From contig JBGPLW010000001.1 in the NCBI GenBank assembly GCA_041486645.1, positions 1-41,751 of the forward strand: a stretch of 41,751 nt of DNA. The letters run 5' to 3'. This document shows, piece after piece, positions 8,000 to 15,492 of the stretch (positions are counted from its first letter, which is position 1; the number at the start of each line of letters is the position of its first letter). Under the pieces are notes generated by a model. That model was not told the DNA's origin, made no database searches, and saw only the letters and a list, made by a program, of their open reading frames with translations. Source of the DNA: Gaiellaceae bacterium. Its GTDB lineage: Bacteria; Actinomycetota; Thermoleophilia; Gaiellales; Gaiellaceae. The position numbers were made by a program, and so were the translations under genes.

Positions 8000-8616
8000 G
8001 CTCGCGGAAGCGCCGGCTGTCCGGGCGCCGGCGCACCGACCGGTTCCTCGCCGCTGATGTTCATGCGCACGAGCGCCGCCACGACGAGGAGCCCGACGCA
8101 GACGCCGATGACCCCTCCGATCGCTCGCGGCCGCGCGGCGTCGAGGGCACGCAGCGCGCCCCACGACACGAGGTAGCCCCAGCCCGCGAGTGCGGCGCCG
8201 TAGACGAGGGAAAGCCCGCGGTCGTGACCGACCTCGACGCCGAGGAGATGCCTGCTCCGATCGGGACGCTCGCTGTAGAGCCCTCCCGGCCCGGACGCAT
8301 CGAACGCCGAGATCAGCTCGAGCTCGCGCTCGACGGCCTTCGCGCGCCTCGTCGCGTACTCGTAGAGCTGTGTGTTGCGCAGCTCGTAGAGCAGGACTCC
8401 CAGCGTCGCGCAGAGCCCGAGCAATCCCACGCCGAGCAGCTCGTCCGCGCTCCGCGGCCGGCCGAGCAACCCGATGGCCGTTCCACTGACCGTCGGCACG
8501 AGTGCGAGCAGCTTGAAGCGGACGTCGGTCAACGTTCGCAGCTCATCGAGCGTGTGGTCGTAGTCAAGGCGTAGCCGGTCGCTGCGGCTGAGCCCGCTTG
8601 CGTCGCCGGTCGTCAT
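7996..8616 (-). CDS. 206-aa predicted 4-TM membrane protein, uncharacterised
   Basis: The ATG at 8616 overlaps the upstream gene's stop (ATGA, 8613-8616). Order of elements: N-terminal helix LDYDHTLDELRTLTDVRF, a TM hairpin, the charged helix YELRNTQLYEYATRRAKAVERELE, then a second TM hairpin. The ORF-track extension to 9252 is Arg-rich shadow. Confidence 0.65.
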   Translation of the reverse strand: MTTGDASGLSRSDRLRLDYDHTLDELRTLTDVRFKLLALVPTVSGTAIGLLGRPRSADELLGVGLLGLCATLGVLLYELRNTQLYEYATRRAKAVERELELISAFDASGPGGLYSERPDRSRHLLGVEVGHDRGLSLVYGAALAGWGYLVSWGALRALDAARPRAIGGVIGVCVGLLVVAALVRMNISGEEPVGAPAPGQPALPRA

Positions 8617-9626
8617 GTGGGCTTGGCGGCAGCTTGCGGCACAGCCGCGGCGAGTGTGTCCTGCGCCCAGCGCTCGCTGAAGCCGGCGAGGAAGCTCACG
8701 ACTAGCAGCGCAAGACGGCGGTCGTTGCTCGACTCGGCGGCGGCAACCGGGAGGTGCAGCAGCCCGCCGGTGAACGCGAACGAGATGGCGAGGGCGAACG
8801 CACCGCCGATCAGCGGCCGCAGCCCGCCGAGGAAGAACGCGTACGGCCGCCCGCAGTCGTAGTCGAGCGTGAACTTTCCGGCGTTGATGCGCTGGATGAC
8901 GCTGACGACCCCGCCGAGAGCGCCGGCGACGAGCGCCGCGACCGGGCCAGCCCAAACGATCGCCAGCCAGATCGCCGCGCCGATCGAGATTGCGATTGCG
9001 ACCGTGGCCATGCCGAGGAAGTAGACGATCTGCGCCTGGCCGTTTGCGGCCTCGCGGTAGTACTGCTCGGCCTGCCCGAGCGCCTCGCGCTCCCGCTGGA
9101 GCGCCTCGGCTGTCTTCGCGGCATCGGCGTGGGACGCGCGTGCGTCGACGAGGCTCAGGAGGTGCGCCGCCGACGCCATCACGAGCTGCATGCAGATCAG
9201 CCGCCGGACACCCATGAGCACGGTGCGCGCGCGTACTGCGAGCTCGTCGCAACGGTGCAGCTCGCAGGCGATGTCCGGCGAGTTCTGAGTCGCCCAGTCA
9301 CTCTCGCGGTGGAACTCGGAGCTCGGCGTCGCCCATGGCCTTGCGCGCCTCTTGTGCGTCGTCAGAGCGACCGCGCTCTCGACGTGCGAGCACCAGTAGG
9401 CGCTGACGATCTCGCCGTGGCGCCGCTCGAAGCCGGCGAGCGCGTCGTGGTACGCGACCTTGGTGGCGCTCGACACGTGGTCGTCTCGGAAGGCCCGCCA
9501 CCAATCGAAGTGCGCGTAGACGAGCTCGGAAAAGGTCGTCGAATGCGAAGCGCCGGCGGACTCGCGGAGTGCCACCTTCGGCTCTGCTGTCGGTGCTGCG
9601 GCAAGCGGCTGCGTCAACTCGGTCAC
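8613..9626 (-). CDS. 337-aa uncharacterised membrane protein, paralog 1: ~200-aa soluble N-domain + coiled coil + 4 TM
   Basis: GTG at 9626 is preceded by GGGAGG (5-nt spacing). It is homologous along its length to the 12896-13945 product. Shared motifs: IV.AYWC, H.E(S/T)DW, LI.MQ, G.LRP.IG..FA and VSFLAGFSERWA. Confidence 0.8.
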   Translation of the reverse strand: MTELTQPLAAAPTAEPKVALRESAGASHSTTFSELVYAHFDWWRAFRDDHVSSATKVAYHDALAGFERRHGEIVSAYWCSHVESAVALTTHKRRARPWATPSSEFHRESDWATQNSPDIACELHRCDELAVRARTVLMGVRRLICMQLVMASAAHLLSLVDARASHADAAKTAEALQREREALGQAEQYYREAANGQAQIVYFLGMATVAIAISIGAAIWLAIVWAGPVAALVAGALGGVVSVIQRINAGKFTLDYDCGRPYAFFLGGLRPLIGGAFALAISFAFTGGLLHLPVAAAESSNDRRLALLVVSFLAGFSERWAQDTLAAAVPQAAAKPT

Positions 9627-9666
9627 GTCGACCTCCCGTCAGCCGCAGCCAGCGATCTCGCAGAGC

Positions 9667-9690
9667 GTACGCCCTCGCCGCAGGGCGTAC
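9667..9690. promoter_or_regulatory. Perfect 9-bp inverted repeat (candidate operator) in the divergent promoter region between paralog 1 and the patatin gene
   Basis: gtacgccct-cgccgc-agggcgtac, in the 147-bp intergenic region 9627-9773. Confidence 0.4.
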
Positions 9691-9773
9691 AAGACCTTGC
9701 CGCGCGTGGCCCGACGGAGTAGCGTCGAGCGAGCGAACGGAGCCTGCGGCCTCCCAGCACGAGAGGAGACTGC

Positions 9774-12050
9774 ATGGCGACGGCCACTACGACAGCACCG
9801 TCTGCACCGGCGACCGCCGCGTCCCGGCCGCCCGATCTGCCGAGCGACCACGACGTCCGGGAGCTCCGGCTTGCGCTCGTCTGCTACGGCGGCGTTTCCC
9901 TCGCGATCTACATGCACGGCATCACGAAGGAGCTCGAGAAGCTCGCCCGCGCCTCGGCGAAGCTGCTCGAGCCGGGCAACGACAACCCATACCCGCCCGA
10001 CAAGACCGAGCACGCGTACTACAACGCGCTTCGCCGCAAGGCGGCGGCCGACGGCTTCCGCACGCGCGTCGTCATCGACATCATCTCCGGCACGTCGGCG
10101 GGCGGGATCAACGGCGTGTGCCTGGCGAAGGCGCTCGCACTCGACGCACCACAGGACGGTCTGCGCGATCTCTGGCTGACGAAGGGCGCGATCCTCAAGC
10201 TGCTCTCGCGCTGGCCGACGCTGCCGCCGCTCGCCGGGAACCGGATGCTGAAGTGGCTCGGCGGCGCGTTCAGCGAGATGGACGGACATGGGCAGGGATC
10301 GCTGATGCCGCCGGGCCTGGCGTTGAATCTGTTCGTCACGACCACGGACATCAACGGCTACAACCGGCAGATCCCGATCGCCGACCCGCCGGCGATCAAC
10401 ACCGTCGTCAACAAGCACGTGTTCGAGTTCCTCCACCGTGACGGCGTGGGCAATCTCGACAGCACGCACAACCCGGCGCTCGCCTTCGCCGCACGTGCGA
10501 CGTCGTGCTTCCCAGGCGCGTTTCCCGCGACGGCGCTCGCGGACATCCAGCATCAGGAGTCGCGCGAGAGTTTCCCGACGGAGTTCTGCCGCGTCTACGA
10601 GCTCGCCGACTCACCGGTCGACATGACGTTCTTCGTCGACGGCGGGGTGCTCGACAACTTTCCGTTCCGGCATGCAGTTCGCGCGATCGCGGGCAAGCCC
10701 GCCGCGACGCAGGTCGACCGCAGGCTCCTCTTCATTGAGCCGGACCCTGCCGCGCCAGGCCAGAGCCCGAACGGCGCGACGCCAGGGTTCCGCGCGACGG
10801 TGTGGGCGGGGCTGTCGAAGCTGCCGCGCCGCCAGCCGATCGGCGATGCGCTCGACGAGCTCATGCAGTACAACCGGCGCGTTCTCCGGGTCAAGCAGAT
10901 GATCGGCGCGGTCGAGGACGACGTCCTCGCGACGGTCGAGCCCCTGCTCGGCCTCGGCTACGACACTGCGAACCAGGCCACGAACACCGGCGCCATCAAG
11001 TCGAGCGGCTTCAGCTTTCGGGCGTACCTCGGGCTCAAGTTGCTGTCGGTCGTGGAGGGCATCGCCACTTCGGTCTCGCGGGTCATGGACTATCCACCGA
11101 CGTCCACACAGACCCTCTTCGTCCGCCGCGCGCTGCTCACGTGGGCCGACGGCGCGAACTTGCTCGCGACGAATAACGAGCTCAGCGACGCCCAGATGAG
11201 CTTCCTCCGGACATTCGATCTCGGCTACGGACGCCGCCGGCTGGCGTTCGTCATCGGCCGCTTGGGCCACTATTACGACGCCGGCGCCGATCGCGAGCTG
11301 CTGAACACGCTCAAGCACCGCCTCTACGAGCTCGTCTCGGAGCTGCAGGTCGTGCTCGAGCGCCCCGAAGCCGCCTTCCTCCATAGCTCGGTCGAGCAGA
11401 TCTTCGGCGTGCAGCGGCTGCAGCCGTACCTCGCACGCTGGCAGACAGCGGAGTTCCTGGACAGCGCGAAAGCGGAGATCGACGACCTCCGTACTGTGCT
11501 CGGGACATATCTCGACCAGGCGCTGGCGGGCTTCGGCGAGCGCGCCTACGCCGAGCTCGAGCGGCTCACCGCCGAGCTGCCGGCTGAGAGCCGAGACGAC
11601 CTTCGGGCGCGCTACCTCGGGTTCCCCTACTGGGATGCGACGACGTATCCGGTGCGGATGCTCAGCGACGTGGCCGAACTCGACGAGGTCAAGGTCGTCC
11701 GCGTGAGCCCACTCGACACGCACCGGCTCTCGGAGCCCGGGCAGGGAGCCGTGCCGAGCGCAAAGGCGAAGCTGCGTGGTGTGGCGCTCGGACACTTCGG
11801 GGCGTTCTTCCGGCGCAGCTGGCGGGAGAACGACTATCTGTGGGGGCGGCTCGACGGTGCCGAGCGGCTCCTGTGGCTGATCGGCGACACGGGCGACGTC
11901 GCCGCGAAGGAAGCGTTCGCGGCGATCGCCGCGGAAGAGGGGCCGAAGCTCCGCAAGGCGGGGGCGTTGATCCGCCGCGCCGAGAAATACGCAAACGGGG
12001 ATCTTGACGAGGCGCCGCTCTCGGCGGATCATCGGCTGACACCCATATAG
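9774..12050 (+). CDS. Patatin-like phospholipase with a long C-terminal extension (DUF3376 / TIGR03607-type architecture)
   Basis: RBS GAGAGGAG lies upstream of the ATG. Motifs present: oxyanion-region LVCYGGVSLAIYMHG, nucleophile elbow SGTSAGGING (GxSxG) and catalytic Asp motif FVDGGVLDNFP. The C-terminal WRENDYLWGRLDGAERL is typical of the DUF3376 tail. Confidence 0.9.
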   Translation: MATATTTAPSAPATAASRPPDLPSDHDVRELRLALVCYGGVSLAIYMHGITKELEKLARASAKLLEPGNDNPYPPDKTEHAYYNALRRKAAADGFRTRVVIDIISGTSAGGINGVCLAKALALDAPQDGLRDLWLTKGAILKLLSRWPTLPPLAGNRMLKWLGGAFSEMDGHGQGSLMPPGLALNLFVTTTDINGYNRQIPIADPPAINTVVNKHVFEFLHRDGVGNLDSTHNPALAFAARATSCFPGAFPATALADIQHQESRESFPTEFCRVYELADSPVDMTFFVDGGVLDNFPFRHAVRAIAGKPAATQVDRRLLFIEPDPAAPGQSPNGATPGFRATVWAGLSKLPRRQPIGDALDELMQYNRRVLRVKQMIGAVEDDVLATVEPLLGLGYDTANQATNTGAIKSSGFSFRAYLGLKLLSVVEGIATSVSRVMDYPPTSTQTLFVRRALLTWADGANLLATNNELSDAQMSFLRTFDLGYGRRRLAFVIGRLGHYYDAGADRELLNTLKHRLYELVSELQVVLERPEAAFLHSSVEQIFGVQRLQPYLARWQTAEFLDSAKAEIDDLRTVLGTYLDQALAGFGERAYAELERLTAELPAESRDDLRARYLGFPYWDATTYPVRMLSDVAELDEVKVVRVSPLDTHRLSEPGQGAVPSAKAKLRGVALGHFGAFFRRSWRENDYLWGRLDGAERLLWLIGDTGDVAAKEAFAAIAAEEGPKLRKAGALIRRAEKYANGDLDEAPLSADHRLTPI

Positions 12051-12079
12051 CGCTGCGGCACGAAAACTGGAGGCAGGGC

Positions 12080-12889
12080 ATGGCCGTCATGGCTATTCCG
12101 TTTGTGCAGGCGCGCAACTTCACGCGGGGCCGGTCGAACGCGATCGACGTCCTCGTGATTCACACGATGGAGTCGCCGGAGAAGCCCGATACGGCGGAGA
12201 GCGTGGCGCACTGGTTCGCGGGCTCTACCGCCCCGCAGGCATCGGCGCATTACTGCATCGACGACAACTCGGTCGTCCAGTGCGTCCGCGACGAGGACGT
12301 CGCCTGGCACGCGCCGGGCGCGAACCACAACGGCCTCGGCTTCGAGCACGCCGGCCGGGCGGCGCAAACCAAGAGCGACTGGAGCGACGAGTACTCGACG
12401 AAGTGCCTGGAGCTGTCGGCGCAGCTCGTCGCGGAGAAGTGCACGGAGCATCACATCCCCGTCGTGTGGCTCCAGCCGGCGGACCTTCGCGCCGGCAGGC
12501 GCGGCATCACGGGTCACGTTCAGGTGTCGGACGCGTTCAAACGCTCGGACCACAGGGATCCGGGCACACAGTTCCCGGTCGAGGCGTATCTCGAGCTCGT
12601 GCGCGCCAAGATGGGCGAGTCGCACGTTCCGGAGCACGTGCACCGTGCGCGCGACAAGGCGCCCGAGCAGGACCCGACGCTCGAGGAAGGCTCGAAGGGG
12701 TATCAGGTGAAGCGCTTTCAGCGCCTGCTCGCGGACCACCACTTCGATCCCGGCGTGGTCGACGGCATCTTCGGGCCGGCGACGAAGAAGGCGGTCGTGA
12801 AGGCGCAGAAGGCGCACGGCCTGAACGCGAACGGCATCGCGAGCGCCATGACCTGGCATGCCCTTGTTGCGTCCGAGACGAAGACCTAG
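12080..12889 (+). CDS. N-acetylmuramoyl-L-alanine amidase (Amidase_2/PGRP fold) + C-terminal PG_binding_1 domain, with no signal peptide; endolysin-like
   Basis: Lies 29 nt after the patatin stop, with RBS GGAGG. Amidase_2 pattern: VLVIHTMES...HYCID...AWHAPGANHNGLGFEHAG...ITGHVQVS...DHRDPG. PG-binding repeat: GYQVKRFQRLLADHHFDPGVVDGIFGPATKKAVVKAQKAHGL. The N-terminus MAVMAIPFVQARNF is not a signal peptide. Confidence 0.88.
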   Translation: MAVMAIPFVQARNFTRGRSNAIDVLVIHTMESPEKPDTAESVAHWFAGSTAPQASAHYCIDDNSVVQCVRDEDVAWHAPGANHNGLGFEHAGRAAQTKSDWSDEYSTKCLELSAQLVAEKCTEHHIPVVWLQPADLRAGRRGITGHVQVSDAFKRSDHRDPGTQFPVEAYLELVRAKMGESHVPEHVHRARDKAPEQDPTLEEGSKGYQVKRFQRLLADHHFDPGVVDGIFGPATKKAVVKAQKAHGLNANGIASAMTWHALVASETKT

Positions 12890-12895
12890 GCGTCC

Positions 12896-13945
12896 TCAGG
12901 CTTCTTTGGGCTCGGCGTCGTCGGCCCCGCCGGTTTTGTGGAGCATCAGGCGTGCCCAGCGCTCGCTGAAGCCCGCGAGGAACGACACGATCGCGTAGAA
13001 GTAAATCGTCTTCTGCTCCGTGCCGAGCTGGACGAGGTTGCTCGCAAAACCGAAGTACAGGGCGACCGCGAAGGTGGCGCCGATGAAAGGCCGGAGGCTG
13101 CCGAGCCGGCGAACCATCTTGCGGCCGACCTCATGATCGACGGAGAATGCGCCCTTGCCGGCCATGCGTGACATGACACTGATGATCGCGCCGGCTCCGC
13201 CCATCGCCGCCGCAAGGAACAAGGCCTGCGTCGTCGGCGAGTGCCAGCGTGAGAAGTGGGTTGCGTAGAGGACGAGTGCAATGACGGCAACAAGGCCGCC
13301 GAGCAAAGCCCCCCCGCGCATCATTCCCTGGAAGTAGACGAGACGTGCCTGAGCCTCCGCCGCCTTGTTGTGGTACGCGAGGATCTGCGCGAGCTCCTTC
13401 TGATTTGCTGTGACGACACGCGCAACGTCTTTCTCGTCGGGCGGCTGCTCTGACTGGTCGATGAAGCCGAGCACCCGCTCGACCGCAGAGACGAGCCACT
13501 GCATCGCGATCAGCTCGCTCGTGCCGCGCAGAACCTCACCGATCTTCACCGCGAGCGCCCGGCTCGCATACACCTGATCGGCGATCTCCGGGCACTCGCC
13601 TGTGATCCAGTCAGTCTCGGAGTGGAAGTACACGACCTGCCGCGTGAACCAGAGCCGGCGCCAGGAACGCTCGGTCGTCTCCGTCACTGCAACACCGGAC
13701 GGCTGGCGCGTGCACCAGTACGCCTCCACAATGCGGCCGTTCGCGGCGATGAATGCCTTCAGCTTCGCCTGGTAGGTGTCCTCCCGCGGCCCGCCGTACT
13801 CGCGGTTCTTGTAGACCGCGAGCTGGCGGAGGTAATGCACGAGCACGAGCTCTGCGAACGGGACGACCTCGGGCGGCGGCTTTCGGCGCCAGAGGAAGGC
13901 CTCCCGCAGCCACCCGAACGTCGACGGATGTGCGTAGTCGCCCAC
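12896..13945 (-). CDS. 349-aa uncharacterised membrane protein, paralog 2 of the 8613-9626 product
   Basis: GTG start at 13945; an in-frame stop lies just upstream. Same architecture and motifs as paralog 1. A 20-nt identical stretch, gcccagcgctcgctgaagcc (12954-12973 vs 8665-8684), encodes GFSERWA. Confidence 0.8.
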   Translation of the reverse strand: MGDYAHPSTFGWLREAFLWRRKPPPEVVPFAELVLVHYLRQLAVYKNREYGGPREDTYQAKLKAFIAANGRIVEAYWCTRQPSGVAVTETTERSWRRLWFTRQVVYFHSETDWITGECPEIADQVYASRALAVKIGEVLRGTSELIAMQWLVSAVERVLGFIDQSEQPPDEKDVARVVTANQKELAQILAYHNKAAEAQARLVYFQGMMRGGALLGGLVAVIALVLYATHFSRWHSPTTQALFLAAAMGGAGAIISVMSRMAGKGAFSVDHEVGRKMVRRLGSLRPFIGATFAVALYFGFASNLVQLGTEQKTIYFYAIVSFLAGFSERWARLMLHKTGGADDAEPKEA

Positions 13946-14156
13946 CGCGCCGGCCTAGCGATCGTCTGGGGTTCTGGTGCGAACGGCCATGCGGATCCCT
14001 TCGTGGGGGTGCCACAGCCTTCGCCGCAGGCGACAGACGGTACTCCTCGGTTTCGGGCGGTGCAACCTGTCCGCAGCCAGCGCTGGGACGGGAGGAATCA
14101 ACCTGGGACGAATCGTCCCTGGGTCAGCCCTATCTCCGGCTGCAACAATTGCCGCT

Positions 14157-14993
14157 GTGAGCGACGACTTCGGTGCATTCCTTCGTTCTCGGCGGGCCCG
14201 GCTCCGCCCGGAGGACGTCGGCTTCGCCCCCGGCCGTAGCCGGCGCGTCCCCGGCCTGCGACGGGAGGAGGTTGCGGCGCTCGCCTCCGTGAGCGTCGAC
14301 TACATCAGCCGCCTGGAGCAGGGGCGGATCAGCCCGTCCGAGGCCGTGCTCCACTCGCTCGCCCGCGCGCTCCGGCTCGACGCCGCGGAGCGCGTGCACA
14401 TGTTCGCGCTCGCCTGCCGAACGCCCGGGGCCGAGGACATCGAGCTGCTGGACGAGGTCCGCCCGGGCCTTCTCCGGCTGCTGGAGGCCGTCGAACCGCT
14501 GCCCGCCTATGTGCTCGGGCGGTCGCTCGATCTCCTCGCCTGGAACGCGACCGCGTCCGTCCTGCTCGGCGACCTCGAGCGGAAGCTTCTGATCGAGCGG
14601 AATCTCGGGCGGCTGATCTTCCTCGACGCCGAGTTCAGAGCGCTGGTGGGGCCGCCCGAGCGCTTCGGGGCGGACGTCGTCGCCGCGTTGCGCGTCGCGC
14701 AGACTCGGCATCAGCGCGACCCGCGCGTCGAGGCGCTCATCGGTGAGCTCGCCGAGCGCTCGTCCGTGTTCCGCGTGTTGTGGGAGGAGCATCCCGTCGC
14801 GACGCAGGCGCACGGGCGCAGCACCTTCGACCATCCGGACGTCGGGTGTCTCGAGCTCGAGTGGGAGCGGCTGACCGTGCCCGGCGCCGGTGGACAGGCC
14901 GTGATGGTCTACAGCGCTGAGCCCGGCACGCCTGCGGCCACCGCGCTGACCTTGTTGGGGACGCTTGCTGCAACTGCCGCGCACGCCCGTTGA
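14157..14993 (+). CDS. XRE-type HTH regulator with MmyB-like ligand-binding domain
   Basis: The GTG at 14157 gives VSDDFGAFLRSRRARLRPEDVGF..RRVPGLRREEVAALASVSVDYISRLEQGR..PS..VL..LARALRL, the canonical MmyB-family N-terminus. The upstream part of the track ORF (from 13977) looks non-coding. Confidence 0.8.
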   Translation: MSDDFGAFLRSRRARLRPEDVGFAPGRSRRVPGLRREEVAALASVSVDYISRLEQGRISPSEAVLHSLARALRLDAAERVHMFALACRTPGAEDIELLDEVRPGLLRLLEAVEPLPAYVLGRSLDLLAWNATASVLLGDLERKLLIERNLGRLIFLDAEFRALVGPPERFGADVVAALRVAQTRHQRDPRVEALIGELAERSSVFRVLWEEHPVATQAHGRSTFDHPDVGCLELEWERLTVPGAGGQAVMVYSAEPGTPAATALTLLGTLAATAAHAR

Positions 14994-15489
14994 GTCCTTG
15001 GGAAAGCGGCTGCTCGACCCGCGGCAGGCCGGCGACCATCTCGACCGGCTCTACCGGGCTGCCTGGGCGCTCTGCGGCTCGCGCGAGGATGCCGAAGATC
15101 TCGTGCAGGAGACGTACCTCCGCGTGCTCGCGAAGCCGCGCCTGCTGCGAAGCGACGACGACTTCGGCTACCTCCTGCGCGCGCTACGGAACACGTTCCT
15201 CGTCCGCAAGCGCACCGAGGGGCGCCGGCCGCGCACCGTGCCGTTCACGGACGACCTGGAGCCTGCCGGCGGGCTGAGCCCCGAAGCGGAGCTCGAGACG
15301 CACGAGGTCTTCGCGGCCATCGCCGCGCTCCAGCCGGACTTTCGCGACGTGCTCGTGGCCGTCGACGTCGCCGGGCTCTCCTACGGAGAGACGGCGCGCG
15401 CGCTGCGGATCGCCGACGGGACGGTCATGAGCCGCCTGTACCGCGCGCGGCAGCATGTTGCACGCGCGCTCGCGCCCGTCGCGTCCTGA
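14965..15489 (+). CDS. ECF-type sigma-70 family RNA polymerase sigma factor
   Basis: Region 2: LYRAAWALCGSREDAEDLVQETYLRVL. Region 4: LSYGETARALRIADGTVMSRLYRARQHV. The start is uncertain: TTG at 14965 or TTG at 14998, just after the MmyB stop. Confidence 0.8.
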   Translation: MLQLPRTPVESLGKRLLDPRQAGDHLDRLYRAAWALCGSREDAEDLVQETYLRVLAKPRLLRSDDDFGYLLRALRNTFLVRKRTEGRRPRTVPFTDDLEPAGGLSPEAELETHEVFAAIAALQPDFRDVLVAVDVAGLSYGETARALRIADGTVMSRLYRARQHVARALAPVAS

Positions 15490-15492
15490 GGC

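Noticed and set aside
8617-9252. Upstream 212 codons of the 418-aa track ORF (7996-9252)
   Set aside because: It overlaps the paralog 1 gene out of frame and is Arg-rich. The internal ATG at 8616 forms an ATGA junction with the paralog 1 stop.
10611-12032. 473-aa minus-strand ORF antisense to the patatin gene
   Set aside because: Shadow ORF. The plus frame carries the GxSxG, DGG and DUF3376 motifs.
14992-15000. The 9-mer gagtccttg, shared between the sigma gene start region and the putative ECF promoter (16360-16368), as evidence of autoregulation
   Set aside because: The match is too short to be significant in 41 kb. The spacing to any -35-like GCAAC at the first site is about 19 nt, outside the usual 16-17 nt.
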